64,000 bases of DNA, taken from NCBI GenBank assembly GCA_000091205.1, contig AP006502.2. One strand, 5' to 3'. This document shows, piece after piece, positions 11,593 through 22,542 of this stretch (its first letter is position 1; the number at the start of each line of letters is the position of its first letter). The position numbers and the translations under genes are program-made. The notes beneath the pieces were generated by a model. It was not told where the DNA came from and ran no database searches. It worked only from the letters and a program-made list of their open reading frames with translations. Source of the DNA: Cyanidioschyzon merolae. Taxonomy: Eukaryota.

Positions 11593-12822
11593 ATGGCCGG
11601 CGGAAGACCATGTTTGTTGTTTGGTGTCGCTTGTCCAGCTCTTTGCATCCCGTCGACACCTCCGGTGGTGGTCACGAACTGGAGAAGTCTCCGCTACGTC
11701 GCGCCGTACCTCTTTACGTACCGTGTCAACGTGAAAGAGCGCTGGCTCGGAACGACTCTGACCGATGTCTTCACGAAAGAGTTCTATGGAACGAGAGAGT
11801 TCTGGGCGAACCAAATGAAGCACGGGAGGCTCCTGGTCAACGGAGCGTCAATTGCGGCAGACTACGTGCTGCAGCCGGCTGACACAATCCTGAATACGGT
11901 ACACTTTCACGAGGCGCCGGTTTCAGCCACTGATGTACCACGAGTCATCGACGAGCAACCGGACTGGGTTGCGGTTTACAAACCTGCTGGCATACCCACA
12001 CACGTCAGTGGTCAATTCCGGTACCATTCCTTGACAGCATGGCTGAGCCGTCTCCTGAGCGAGCACCACCAACGCACAGCGCCGGCCCTGTACACCCTCT
12101 ACCGCCTCGATCGAGTGACATCCGGAGTCGTGGTATTTGCCAAGAACGTCGAGCTCGCGCGACGATGGCATCAGCATGCCTCGGGAGGCAACCGGTCTGT
12201 GCCACGCCATCGTAAGGTCTATCTGGCGCGCCTTCAGGGCCGCTTTCGCGAAGCACTTACCTGCAGAGTGCCGCTGCGCCTCGATCGAGGCGAACAAGGA
12301 TATGCTCGTTCGTTCCCCGATTTCCAATCAGGGAAGGCTTCCATCACACTGTTCAAGCCTCTGGGCTATGATACGCGAACGGACACGAGCCTCGTGGAGT
12401 GTGTACCTGTCACCGGACGTACACATCAGATCCGGGCGCACGCTGCGTTCCTCGGTCATCCGGTGGCGAACGATGCGCTCTATGGAGGCACGCTCGCTGC
12501 AGATGAATACACCACGGTCGTTGCCGATGCTATCGCCGGCATGTTGGGCACTGGGGAGTCGAGATCATCGGCAGAGCCGACGCTGATGCAGCTCTTTCCC
12601 GATTTGCAGGTCGCAGATCCACTCTGTCATCACTGTCCGTACGCTGCGCCTGTTCGGTGGCGCGAGGACCCGCTCTATCGGCAGCTGGGCATCTGGTTGC
12701 ACGCGCTCTCCTACCGCTATGATGATGATGATAACGCGCCGACAGCTCGCTTTAGTTGGCATGCCCAGACCGAGTGGCCATCTTGGGCTCAGAACTGCGC
12801 TTTAGAAACCGATCTCGCCTGA
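11593..12822 (+). CDS. RluA-family pseudouridine synthase
   Basis: Catalytic motif 'LYRLDRVTSGVVVFAK' and 'GRTHQIRAHAAFLGHPVANDALYGG'. ATG start. Confidence 0.75.
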   Translation: MAGGRPCLLFGVACPALCIPSTPPVVVTNWRSLRYVAPYLFTYRVNVKERWLGTTLTDVFTKEFYGTREFWANQMKHGRLLVNGASIAADYVLQPADTILNTVHFHEAPVSATDVPRVIDEQPDWVAVYKPAGIPTHVSGQFRYHSLTAWLSRLLSEHHQRTAPALYTLYRLDRVTSGVVVFAKNVELARRWHQHASGGNRSVPRHRKVYLARLQGRFREALTCRVPLRLDRGEQGYARSFPDFQSGKASITLFKPLGYDTRTDTSLVECVPVTGRTHQIRAHAAFLGHPVANDALYGGTLAADEYTTVVADAIAGMLGTGESRSSAEPTLMQLFPDLQVADPLCHHCPYAAPVRWREDPLYRQLGIWLHALSYRYDDDDNAPTARFSWHAQTEWPSWAQNCALETDLA

Positions 12823-13707
12823 ATCGACTATGTTCGTTGTGCGCACCTCGGGCAAGCATAGGTACGGCTCCTTACTGAGCGTATTCTGGGCATCAAGCGC
12901 GAGTGTCCCGCAACCGACCGCATCCAAAATATGGAAACGGGCGGAAAAACACGTGCGCGAAAGGCGCAGCAACTCGGCTCGATGAAGCGGCAAGCGTCCG
13001 TAGCGACCCATGCGCTTGACTTGTTGCACGAGGGCCTTTTGACCTTGGGTGAGGGCTCGAATCACCGAAGGTGGGCACGGAAGGGTGCGTAACCAACAGG
13101 AACCATCCGCTGCACGAATGTGGGTGTCGCGTTCGACCTGCTCACGAGTGGTTCCCCAGAGCGCTGCTTTGCGAGCTGGGTCCTCCAGCTCGGAGAGGCG
13201 CCTCGCGACTTGTTCCTCAATGAGGCGTTGATAGTCGGCCCGCCAGAGGATCGCGGGTCCACCCGGCACCGGTACCCAGCAAAGAATAAACTCAGCCTGA
13301 ACGTCACCGACGTCCGTGGGCTGCTGCGCAGCCTCCAAAAAGTCTGTCACACTGGAGTCATCGTGAACCAGCGCGAGTAGCTGCGAGCGCAGCACGAAAC
13401 CTAACAGGCGGCTATCGTTACGCAGCGCCCAGAACGCAGCCTCGGCGTCGCTCACTTCACGCACAAGCGTCCACAGGGTGTGGTCGACCTCATCGTCTGG
13501 AGTCTGAGAGTTGACGGACTCCGCAGTACCGGACGCGTCTTGCGATCGAAGCACTTTCGAGTGTCGTTTCAGTGACGTTGTTTCGACGACGTGCGTCCCG
13601 CGCGACGTACAGGCGGGTGCCGGCGCCCTGGAAAGCGAGTTTTCGTCGCTGGGATCCCTGTCCGCGCTGTTGACGAGCCTTCGACTCAATTGTCCACGTC
13701 GCTGCAT
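12802..13707 (-). CDS. Hypothetical protein
   Basis: Long ORF. Start set at first ATG, because the track start is TTG. Its 3' end overlaps the RluA 3' end by 21 nt in convergent orientation. Confidence 0.4.
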   Translation of the reverse strand: MQRRGQLSRRLVNSADRDPSDENSLSRAPAPACTSRGTHVVETTSLKRHSKVLRSQDASGTAESVNSQTPDDEVDHTLWTLVREVSDAEAAFWALRNDSRLLGFVLRSQLLALVHDDSSVTDFLEAAQQPTDVGDVQAEFILCWVPVPGGPAILWRADYQRLIEEQVARRLSELEDPARKAALWGTTREQVERDTHIRAADGSCWLRTLPCPPSVIRALTQGQKALVQQVKRMGRYGRLPLHRAELLRLSRTCFSARFHILDAVGCGTLALDAQNTLSKEPYLCLPEVRTTNIVDSGEIGF

Positions 13708-13773
13708 GTCTCTGTCTCCATAGCGGACGTGCTCGAACAGTACCGGAAGATGTCGTGACCGCAACGGAAATCT

Positions 13774-14616
13774 TTAAAGATTGTCACCCTCTTCGGCGGG
13801 TACGAGACGAACCTCCCGCACTGCGGCGCGTTCGAGCCTGAGAACCTTGCCCCCTTGACTGATGCGGACAGAAGTTTCATCTCGATCGACCAGGTTTCCC
13901 TGTACCATCATTCCGTATTTGGGGTGTTCTTCGGTAAACGTTACGATGACGGGAAACGAGCGAAACGCCTGGAATGCTCGGTCATGTTGCAAGACGTCGC
14001 CGACGCCAGGACTCGATACTTCCAAGCTTTGGATATCCATACCGTGCTCCCAGGAGTTGTCCGCGACAAGCGCTTTTGTCAAGGTTTCGCAATCACCTAT
14101 CGTGGCGTCCGTGCATAGAAACACTCGATATAACCGTCGATCAGGACTGAAGGACGCCGACTCGACGCGGATGGACTCGCCGAACAACCCTGCTGCAACC
14201 TGACGAATGTCGCTGAGCGCAAGCTCCTCAGCACGACACTGTTCGCTTGCTTGAAGTGCAGGAACTGTCTCTGATGGTATCGTAGCAGTACTGTCGGGAG
14301 CGATTTCGGTCTGAGTTGCGGGAGTGGAAGGAGGTTCATGGCGCGCTGCTGCAGGCTTATGCTCGGTTACGGGTTCGCGTTTCGTTGGCCTTTGCGTTCT
14401 ATTGTGAGCGCGTTTCGGTCCCATGACCACCACGGTGCCTCCATAAAGGCGGATCCAGCGCCATGTCGACCGTGCTACTGCAGGTGCTCGGCCCTCTCGG
14501 CAGCGATACGGTAACCGGCAAGCAACCGACTGGTGCCCTCTCGCGGCGTCTGCCGCCCACAAACGGGGCTGCACACACCAAGCAACCAGCGGCCCTGCGC
14601 TTCTACGCGAAAGCAT
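13774..14616 (-). CDS. RimP-like ribosome maturation factor (bacterial/organellar type) with N-terminal extension
   Basis: 'LEVSSPGVGDVL' matches the RimP signature LEVSSPGldRpL. Flanking 'LYRVFLCTDATIGDCETL' and the C-terminal Sm-like segment 'KYGMMVQGNLVDRDETSVRI..VRLVP' align collinearly with bacterial RimP. ATG start. Confidence 0.65.
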   Translation of the reverse strand: MLSRRSAGPLVAWCVQPRLWAADAARGHQSVACRLPYRCREGRAPAVARSTWRWIRLYGGTVVVMGPKRAHNRTQRPTKREPVTEHKPAAARHEPPSTPATQTEIAPDSTATIPSETVPALQASEQCRAEELALSDIRQVAAGLFGESIRVESASFSPDRRLYRVFLCTDATIGDCETLTKALVADNSWEHGMDIQSLEVSSPGVGDVLQHDRAFQAFRSFPVIVTFTEEHPKYGMMVQGNLVDRDETSVRISQGGKVLRLERAAVREVRLVPAEEGDNL

Positions 14617-15041
14617 GCGATTATTGCACGAGGAAAGCGGTTCTCACACCACAATTGCGCACCTCCAGCAGCTTTCCTGAGCCGGATTTACGCTCGAGGT
14701 ACCCCAGAAGCGTTCCAGGACGCCCGCGGGCGGATGAACTCAGTGCGTCTTCAGGCTTTGCCTCTGCGGCTTCCTAGTCCACACCCAACGGAAATCAGGC
14801 ACTCGAGATCTATTCCGTTTTCGAAACGCTCCCAAGTACCCCGTGAGAGACGGAAATACGTACACCTTACAACGCTGTCACTGGACGGCACGTCCGGGTA
14901 GAGGATTAGCGCTGCTGGTGTGCGGCTCGCATTCGTGACGACGCTTCGCTGCGTCAACAGCCGTCAGCAGAGGACTTGTGCACGTGCGTTGGCACTCAGT
15001 TCCGATTCTGTTGGCGGTCGGATGGGACCTTCAACTACGGC

Positions 15042-15449
15042 ATGCAACGGAGTCGGGTGCTGAGTTTGTACCGCACAATTTTAAGGACTGCGAAGAGGCG
15101 ATTTCAGGACCAACCGGAGACTGTTGATAGCGTTTGCGCGGAAGCGAGACAGCTTTTTCGGAGGAACGCCTCGTTGCGAGACCCCCAAGACATCGAACGA
15201 AAACTCTTCGAAGCCGAGTCGCGACTGGAACTTGCGCTGCACTATGGCATACCGTTTCCACGGGCTTACCATCTGAGTCCGGGGGCGACGCCACGCTCAC
15301 CGCGGCGTGTCGCATACCCCCTCTACATGGACTCGTACGTTGAAACACTCCAACCGACGTCGCAGCGTCGCAACACACCACCTATTGACAGACCACCTAT
15401 ATACCACGGTGAGGACCAGGCAAGTCTCCATACGGGGAGGAAGGCTTGA
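15042..15449 (+). CDS. LYR-motif (Complex1_LYR family) protein
   Basis: 'RVLSLYRTILRTAKRRF' L-Y-R/K motif immediately after the first ATG. Confidence 0.5.
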   Translation: MQRSRVLSLYRTILRTAKRRFQDQPETVDSVCAEARQLFRRNASLRDPQDIERKLFEAESRLELALHYGIPFPRAYHLSPGATPRSPRRVAYPLYMDSYVETLQPTSQRRNTPPIDRPPIYHGEDQASLHTGRKA

Positions 15450-16444
15450 CGCAGCGTTGCGCGTGTTGACGTCGACACGAGCAGCGCTGCAGTCGGTATG
15501 CGCGTTACAGAACACTTTCGAAGACAAAGCGTCTTATCAAAGGTGCCTGCTGTGATCCTCGACGAACGCCGCGACACGCTGCTGTAGAGCAGACACGCAG
15601 TGCCAGCAGCGTTGCAAGTGGTGTGGGTTGTATGCAAGCGCACGCTTCTCGAAAATGAGGACGCTTTCAAGGGCGCTTTTTCGCGGGGATGACGACGCGA
15701 ACGAGCACCGCCTTCGGAGCAACGGACGTGTTGTTGGGTACGCTTGAACGGATTGAATCATTTGGGTAGAATATGTAATTTCGAGTGGATACGGTTGGAG
15801 GCAAATGCGTCCACTGACATCTGGACGGAGACGCACGCGATGTCTACTCGGTGCTGTAAACTGTACAGGAACGCTTGGTACAACGACGCTCTGCATGGAT
15901 CCACGTTATTCCAGAGAAATCCGCGCCTTGTCCTGCGTTGCACGGGGAGCCTCCGCTTGTGTGCATCCGGCGCACTCGCCTCATCGGCGAGCGCGCGCGT
16001 AGAGTCAATGGATAGTGACTCTGAGCTCGGGCGCTAGAACATGGTTGCTTCGATTGTGACGTGGGGTTTCGTAGCTTTTCCTGCTTCTCGAACGCGTTGC
16101 ACAGGAACCAGAGCATTCCAGAGGAATATACGGCAACTCGCAGGTTTTCCCGTTGCGCGGGCGAAGCGCAACTGACAAGCATCCACACGTGCATCAACAC
16201 GGCTTTGCGGTTGGTACAGAGTGAAATCGGTTGTAGAAGATGTGCTGTTTACGCTGCCGTAATGGACACTGCTCAAACGTCCGAGCAAACCTGGCCAGAC
16301 GCATCCACTATGCACCAAAAATTCCTAGCCGGTGGAAACGCCTGTGTGATTCCTGCGGCCTGCAGTGGTCCAGAATGACTCGTTGGTACGCGATGCAGGT
16401 ACCAACGTCTGTACCGTTCACGTTCGACAGCGCTCCGAGAAGGC

Positions 16445-16819
16445 TCAGAGGGCACCATCGTCGAAGGCAGGCCATTCAAGCCGCTCCCTGCGCCGGAGTG
16501 CCGCGTGATCTTCCGCTACCGCCTGTTCCATGCGCCGGATTTCCTCCTCTGTGACGCGGCGGAGTTTTCTCAGAAACTCTAACTCTCTCTGCTCGGAATC
16601 GACCGCTCCAAAAAGCACCACATTTTCACCGCGGAACACTTGCAGTCCTCGTGGAATATCTGCGAACGCCTCATCATTGACGACCACCCGCTCAGTGGCA
16701 TCTTCAAGAGTCAAGTTTCCGTACTGATCAAACGACCGCAAATATCCGAGAAAAAAACGACCGTCGCGGAGGTATACAAGCACCCTCTTATCGAGGTCGT
16801 CGACCAGCGCGTCGCTCAT
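16445..16819 (-). CDS. LSM1: Sm-like protein LSm1
   Basis: 'LDKRVLVYLRDGRFFLGYLRSFDQYGNLTLEDATERV...DIPRGLQVFRGENVVLFG' is near-collinear with eukaryotic LSm1. ATG start. Confidence 0.75.
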   Translation of the reverse strand: MSDALVDDLDKRVLVYLRDGRFFLGYLRSFDQYGNLTLEDATERVVVNDEAFADIPRGLQVFRGENVVLFGAVDSEQRELEFLRKLRRVTEEEIRRMEQAVAEDHAALRRRERLEWPAFDDGAL

Positions 16820-17188
16820 GGTGCCACCACCAGCGCGTGCCCTATGGACGCTGGGTCACTGAACGCGTACCGTATACTACCGAAGCACTGTTCCTATAGG
16901 TAAGCGTCCAGTCACCCCTGATGAACACACAGCTCTCCTCAAGCTTGGAACGAACAGCGGGTTCTGCCCTGTCCTCGCGGCGCTTTCGTTCTAGTAGCAG
17001 CCCTTGAAGCCTCCAAGGGCACACCTCTGTATTCCGATGCTGCTCTACTGCACCTTCTCCCCTGGACGCCCTATCGCGCAGCACAGGCGGCAAGTGCAAG
17101 TCTAGAAGTCTATAAGTGTTTGCGTGAATGAGCGTGTGAGTGGGTGTCTGAGGATCCACTGCACAGGTAAAGGCGCGCTGCTAGGCGC

Positions 17189-18523
17189 ATGGCTGCGTCG
17201 GATTGTCAGATGGGCGACGGATTATACCCGGCGAGCTGGAGTACAGGCCCGAAACTTCCATACACAAACACGCAGCTTATGCGAGGCGGATATAACTCGG
17301 TTCAGCCGAGTTTTGTCGCAAGTGAGACACTTGGATTGCGTCCTGTGCTGCGAGGGGCGTTTCGAACCGCGCCTCGTAAACCACGGAGTGCAGCGTCACC
17401 GGTCTATCAACTCGCTGCGGCTGCCGGTGGTGGCCAGCGTCGTCAGGAGCGCCCGTCACCAAGCTCGTACGGCAAAGGTGCAGGAGCCTCTTCCAAGAAA
17501 GGTAAGGACGAGAAGAAAACAGTGCAACAGTTCACCAGGGGCCAGGGATTTGCGAAAACCGCAAGTACCAAGTCGACTCGGACGTTGCTGCGCCCTGGGG
17601 TGCAGTCGCCGCCACGAACAGTGCCGTCGCACATTCCGCGACCCAAGTACGCTGCCGGAGATATTCCGGCTCGCTCACAGCGCCTGTTACCCCGAATGCC
17701 GTGGGATATTGAAGTCAAAACCCCCGAGCAGATTGAACGTATGCGAAAGGCGGGCCGCATCGCGCGTGAGGTGCTCGATGCCGCGTGCAAAGCCGTGCAC
17801 GTAGGAATGACCACCGACGAGATTGATGCCATTGTTCACGAGGAGACCATTCGGCGCAATGCATACCCATCGCCTCTTCATTACAATGGCTTTCCCAAGT
17901 CGTGTTGTACGTCGATTAATGAGGTCATCTGTCACGGTATCCCGGATTCGACTCGGCTGCGCGACGGAGACATCATCAATATCGATGTCACTTGCTATGT
18001 GGAGGGTGTTCACGGCGACTGCTCCGAGATGGTGCTCGTGGGAAACGTGGACAAACGCGGCCGCGAACTTGTTAGAGTTACTTTTGAATGCCTGGAAAAG
18101 GCGATAAGCATCTGTAGCCCGGGTGCTGAGTACAGTATGATCGGCGCTGTCATTGAAGATCACGCGACGCAGCATGGATTCGGGGTTGCGCGGGACTTTT
18201 TCGGCCACGGTATTGGCGAGGAGTTCCACGACAATCCGAACATTTTGCATTTTCGCAATCGGGAGCCGTACGGTCGGATGAAAGTCGGACACACGTTCAC
18301 GATTGAGCCGATGTTGCATGAGACGATGAACACGCGATATCGCGTCTGGTCTGATGGATGGACGGCAGTCACGGAAGATGGTGGTCGCTCGGCTCAGTAC
18401 GAGCACACCCTGTTGATTGTGGAAGACGGGGTGGAAATCTTGACGAGGAAAACCTCTGACTCGTTTCCGTACTTTTGGGAAACGGAGGCCGCGGCCGACG
18501 CGCCCCGCGAGAGCGACAGCTGA
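17189..18523 (+). CDS. Methionine aminopeptidase type 1 with ~190-aa N-terminal extension and no N-terminal zinc finger (organellar MAP1D-like)
   Basis: 'CHGIPDSTRLRDGDIINIDVTCYVEGVHGDCSEM', 'HGIGEEFHDNPNILHF', 'FTIEPM' are metal-ligand regions of MetAP1. ATG start. Confidence 0.8.
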   Translation: MAASDCQMGDGLYPASWSTGPKLPYTNTQLMRGGYNSVQPSFVASETLGLRPVLRGAFRTAPRKPRSAASPVYQLAAAAGGGQRRQERPSPSSYGKGAGASSKKGKDEKKTVQQFTRGQGFAKTASTKSTRTLLRPGVQSPPRTVPSHIPRPKYAAGDIPARSQRLLPRMPWDIEVKTPEQIERMRKAGRIAREVLDAACKAVHVGMTTDEIDAIVHEETIRRNAYPSPLHYNGFPKSCCTSINEVICHGIPDSTRLRDGDIINIDVTCYVEGVHGDCSEMVLVGNVDKRGRELVRVTFECLEKAISICSPGAEYSMIGAVIEDHATQHGFGVARDFFGHGIGEEFHDNPNILHFRNREPYGRMKVGHTFTIEPMLHETMNTRYRVWSDGWTAVTEDGGRSAQYEHTLLIVEDGVEILTRKTSDSFPYFWETEAAADAPRESDS

Positions 18524-19753
18524 CCTAAGACGATTGGTACGGAAGCTGGACGAATCGAGTCTCTCCTATGCATAAAGTACCCGAAAGGCGCTGGATTTGG
18601 TGACAGGAGAGCGCGGTACGAGGCCAGCGCATGCATCTATGTAGTGGCAGTCTGTATCGAGCTGACTCGTTTCTGCGGTACGCGGGGGTCCAGCAGCACG
18701 CCAAACACGGTGAACCCGCCGATTGCGGCTGCTGGGACGCTTGAAGCCCTTTGCGCTACGTCCGGAACATGCTCGCGAGGTGTGCATGCTATTTTAAAAC
18801 AGGTAGGGTGTGTGAGAAGCAGGTGGCCTTGAAAAGATCTACTTGCGAGCAGGTGCTTTGGGGCACACGGAACGCAGCGACGCGCTCGAATACGAGCTGA
18901 GTTCTGGAGCATGCAACAGCTGCCGTTTCCGAAAGTGTCGATGGACGCAGCCCAGAAGCTCTGAATTCGTATGCACGAAACGGGAAGCGATACTGTTTCC
19001 AGAATAGGCTGTGATCGCAGAAAGCGCAACGTGAGTATTTTCTATGTATCCCGCTGGCAGGCTGTCGAGTTTCTCGTGTACCATTGCCAGTTTTCCCAGT
19101 GTTAGCCTTGTATGTCCTACCATGGCTGCGCAAGCAGCTTTGTCGAAAGGTTGTGTCAAAACTAAACGTTCATTTCATCGACTGCAGCATTCGAATGGCT
19201 GCTGTTGAACAGCTTCCAGTGCGATGAGGGTCCGGGACTCGCGCGATGCGCCCACACACCGGGAAACCCACTGCAAAGCACTCTGGTAAGCGCGAACGTC
19301 GCATGGCGCTTTGCGTAACCGAAAGGCGTGCGCATTGCATCCATATCATATCTATGGACGACACTCTAGAAGCGCAGTTTCCGACAAGTGCCAGTCTCGG
19401 TGCCGGTGAGGCGCAAGGCATCTGCAGCGTGGTTGAACCGACCATGCCCAAACTTGTCCAATACTAACAACACAGAGAAGACGATCACGAGCGGTTTCAA
19501 TGTGTCGCTTGCGCGGCTTGTCGTCGAAAAGCTGCAGACGGGACAAGTTGCAGCGGCTTGTACTCGCTTCTGGGGCTTTCTGGAAACGTGTTCGCAAGCG
19601 GAACTTGGGGCTGGGCTGTGCTCACTCACAGTACCGAGCTGTAGCCGTCAAGTTTTCCTTCCTAGTTACGTCGGCTTCAGCTTCGAAAATTCTGCGTTGG
19701 TAAGGTGCAGCGGCTGCCGGTCGCTTTTGGCAGCGCCCTTCAACCTGCGTAAC

Positions 19754-20419
19754 ATGCCAGGAGCAGTCGGTACGCACGGGTCGCGTTTTACGGCCGGCAG
19801 AGTGAAACGCCTCCTCCAGACGAACGATGAAGTCGGACACATGGCAGCGAGCGTGCCAGTTCTTGTAGGCCACGCCACTGAGCACTTTTTGCGGGACCTG
19901 AGCTTGCAGGCTCTCGCCTATGCGAAGGAATCAGGAGCAACTACGATAACATCAAGTTTGCTACGATACACGGTGGAGAAAGAGCCTCGATTCCAGTTTC
20001 TCCGCCCACTGTTTGCGAAAGTACCTCCACTGACTGAAAAGGAGCTGCAGGAAATGAGCCGGAATCGCGACAGCCGCTCACGTGTAAAGCACAGCGAAAG
20101 GAGGCCTCGAGCGAAACGGAAGACAACGGCCGGCACTGGCACTGGGAAAAGAGGCGGCGCTGCGCCTCGTCGAACAAAGCCCGCGGGCGCGACGACAGCA
20201 GACGCAAGCCATGAAACCGGAGAAGACACACCCGAAACTGGTTCAGCTTTGGCGACCGAAGCACCTGCGCCAGAAGTTGCTCTCCAGGTGGCCGCAGAAG
20301 AAGAGTCCCGGATGCCACTGGCCAGCTCGTCGTCGGGGGCTGGTGCGACGACTGCGGATGCCTCTGCAAAGGCCGGAGCCTGGCACATACTGGAAGAAGA
20401 TTATGATGTAGAGGAATGA
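19754..20419 (+). CDS. Histone-fold protein of the CBF/NF-Y family, NC2-alpha/DRAP1-like (or Dpb3-like), with Lys/Arg- and acidic-rich tail
   Basis: 'GRVKRLLQTNDEVGHMAASVPVLVGHATEHFLRDLSLQALAYAKESGATTITSSLLRYTVEKEPRFQFLRPLF' aligns with the DRAP1 histone fold. Start set at internal ATG 19754 where similarity begins. Confidence 0.65.
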   Translation: MPGAVGTHGSRFTAGRVKRLLQTNDEVGHMAASVPVLVGHATEHFLRDLSLQALAYAKESGATTITSSLLRYTVEKEPRFQFLRPLFAKVPPLTEKELQEMSRNRDSRSRVKHSERRPRAKRKTTAGTGTGKRGGAAPRRTKPAGATTADASHETGEDTPETGSALATEAPAPEVALQVAAEEESRMPLASSSSGAGATTADASAKAGAWHILEEDYDVEE

Positions 20420-21416
20420 TCAGAGGGTATAGCCGGTTTCGTTTTGCACTTGTGGGGAAGGCATGAGCGTACGTTTGCAGTGTTTTCAGCACGGATGGTG
20501 CTCGACGTGCCACAACGAGCGCGCCTGCGCGTTGCGTTGGGCTGCTTGTGCATCCCTTGTCTCGATTGGTGATGAGCGCTTAGATATAGCTACGCCTTTC
20601 AGAACCGTTTTGAACGGGTGCCATTCAAGTCAAGCGAAACAGGAGGACCCTTGATGTCTTCGAGGTGTCGGCAGCTGAGACGCGACATTTCGGCGAAAGC
20701 GCCTTCCATGTTCTTGACCCTCCTGCCTCGCGGGGCGGCACATTTCGTCTGCATAACTGCTGCTCATACTGGAGGCAGTCGTGTCGCTAGCAGCGCCCAA
20801 TATGCCCACATGCTTTCTGAAGGTGTGACATGTCCCAAAAACATCACTGCACGCTTGAATGAGCTGCTTTACAGCTCTCTAGTGTTCGTAAACGTTTCCT
20901 CCCAAACAGAGACGCCTAGTCGATGTCGAGAGTCCACCTGTATCCGTGTTCGATGAACATGAAAACTGAAATGCAAGCTCTGTTCCTGTTTTGCAATTAT
21001 TATCGAACGTTCTCGTTCATAGACAGCATCGAGACGACAAGTGCTGCAATACGGAATAACGGATTCACGCGTCGTTCCAGGATTTTCGGTCGTCTGTTTG
21101 ACTTGACTCCTTCGCCGCTTCGCCGCTGGATATCGTAACGTCACCGGATTTAAAACGATTCGCGACGCCTTCGAATGCGGTTTTATAAAATAACCAATAC
21201 GATTGTCAAATTCGTACGTGGAATCAACCAGTCCGCTCCTTTCGTTACGCGCAGCACGCGTGACTTCAGCGTGCCTCAAGTCTTCGTTTTTCCTATTTCA
21301 AGGCAATTCGTGGGCCCAGCAATGTGTATCTCTGGAATGGGGAGACAAGAAACGTGATTTCAAATCTTGACGACTTGTTCGCAAGCTCGCACCAAATCTT
21401 CGTTGAGCTTGTCATG

Positions 21417-21983
21417 TCAAAGAATAAATATATTCCGATCGAGAGACAAACTACTGCTCTCTATACATCCATCGATGGGACGGCATTCGACAGCATCAAA
21501 TACACCTCTCCGGGGATGCGCTTCCTGCGTCTCTCGTCTCTTCGGTTTGGATGGGAAAGGCTTTTGGACTCGGAATTCAGTCAGTCCAGCGATCGTTTCA
21601 CACGGAGTCGTTGTCACCGTTTTGCACGAGGAGAGCGTAGACAAATGCAAGTTTCTCATCTTATTTTCCAGGCAAATTTTCTCTTTCTGTATTTCTCTCA
21701 TCATGGACAACATTATTTTCCACGAATCATTTTTTGAATGCAATAGCGTACGCTTCCGTGTGCAGCGGACAGAGGACTCGCCCAGTATATCGTCCATGAG
21801 ATGTCTGGAATCATACGGTACAGGATCGGGCCCGAAAACGGAGAAAGACATCGAGAAGAGCCCTCTCTGCCCAGCATGGATGTGCCCCGAGCGATGAAGC
21901 ATGCGTTCACGCGCCACAGGGCTTGGCTTAGAAGTGTATATTTGACGGACGTATGCGCACACTTGAACAGAGCCGAAAGTCAC
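21417..21983 (-). CDS. ORFan paralog family member A. Lacks ATG at the family start position (track start is GTG), so possibly a pseudogene or with an upstream exon
   Basis: Protein-level collinearity with 29814-30455 and 49972-50547: hydrophobic N-terminus, 'RCTRKRTLLHSKNDSW', 'KPKRRE'. Many synonymous differences at DNA level. Confidence 0.45.
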   Translation of the reverse strand: MTFGSVQVCAYVRQIYTSKPSPVARERMLHRSGHIHAGQRGLFSMSFSVFGPDPVPYDSRHLMDDILGESSVRCTRKRTLLHSKNDSWKIMLSMMREIQKEKICLENKMRNLHLSTLSSCKTVTTTPCETIAGLTEFRVQKPFPSKPKRRETQEAHPRRGVFDAVECRPIDGCIESSSLSLDRNIFIL

Positions 21984-22542
21984 CGCTGCGAGGCGCGTAC
22001 CGATACTGGGTACAAAGACTATGATGATAGCGAGCCAAGCGTAGATGGCAACTCCCGTCTGTGCTTGGTAGGTGTCGCAAACAGCCAGACGCTGCCAAAT
22101 CGGGAATTCAATGCTGCCATCGCTACACGTCTACTGCTGCCATCGTAGCTCGGCGGAAGGGAGAGACCCCGCGTATTTAAAGCGTGGAATAAGACAGTGG
22201 AAATGAAAGCAATCGTGGAAGAAGTCGGCAAAGGCTGGTGTTGCTGATACAGGAAAAGACCCAGAGTTCAGAGCATACGGTGGAGCTAGGGGACCTGTCC
22301 CATTTTCATCTGACATGGTGTGTCTATCGGTGCGCGTGCACATTCCGCTCTAACGAAGCCGTGCATTCGTCTGGTAAAATAGGTCGGGCGTAATCCGTCA
22401 GACTTACGTCCCGTCTATAAGAGAGCAACGTTTCACTCTCGCGACTGTAATGAAGTGTTAAGAGTGGCTTTCGGCTGTCTCCGGGGCTTCTGGAGGTTTT
22501 ATTTCCGGACTCGTTGCAGCGTTTTTTCCCCTGGCCGCTTTC

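Noticed and set aside
12802-14616. Merging 12802-13764 and 13774-14616 into one frameshifted gene
   Set aside because: The RimP homology is complete within 13774-14616 (N-domain plus Sm-like C-domain) and ends at its own stop. The downstream ORF has an independent ATG 66 bp later.
3644-18406. Long antisense ORFs overlapping confident genes (e.g. 3644-4159 + opposite the START gene; 10511-10930 + opposite CGL; 17687-18406 - and 17443-17832 - opposite MetAP1; 7107-7622 - opposite 6700-7806)
   Set aside because: No family signatures. They are explained by the high GC of the sense gene, and eukaryotic nuclear genes rarely carry fully overlapping antisense CDSs.
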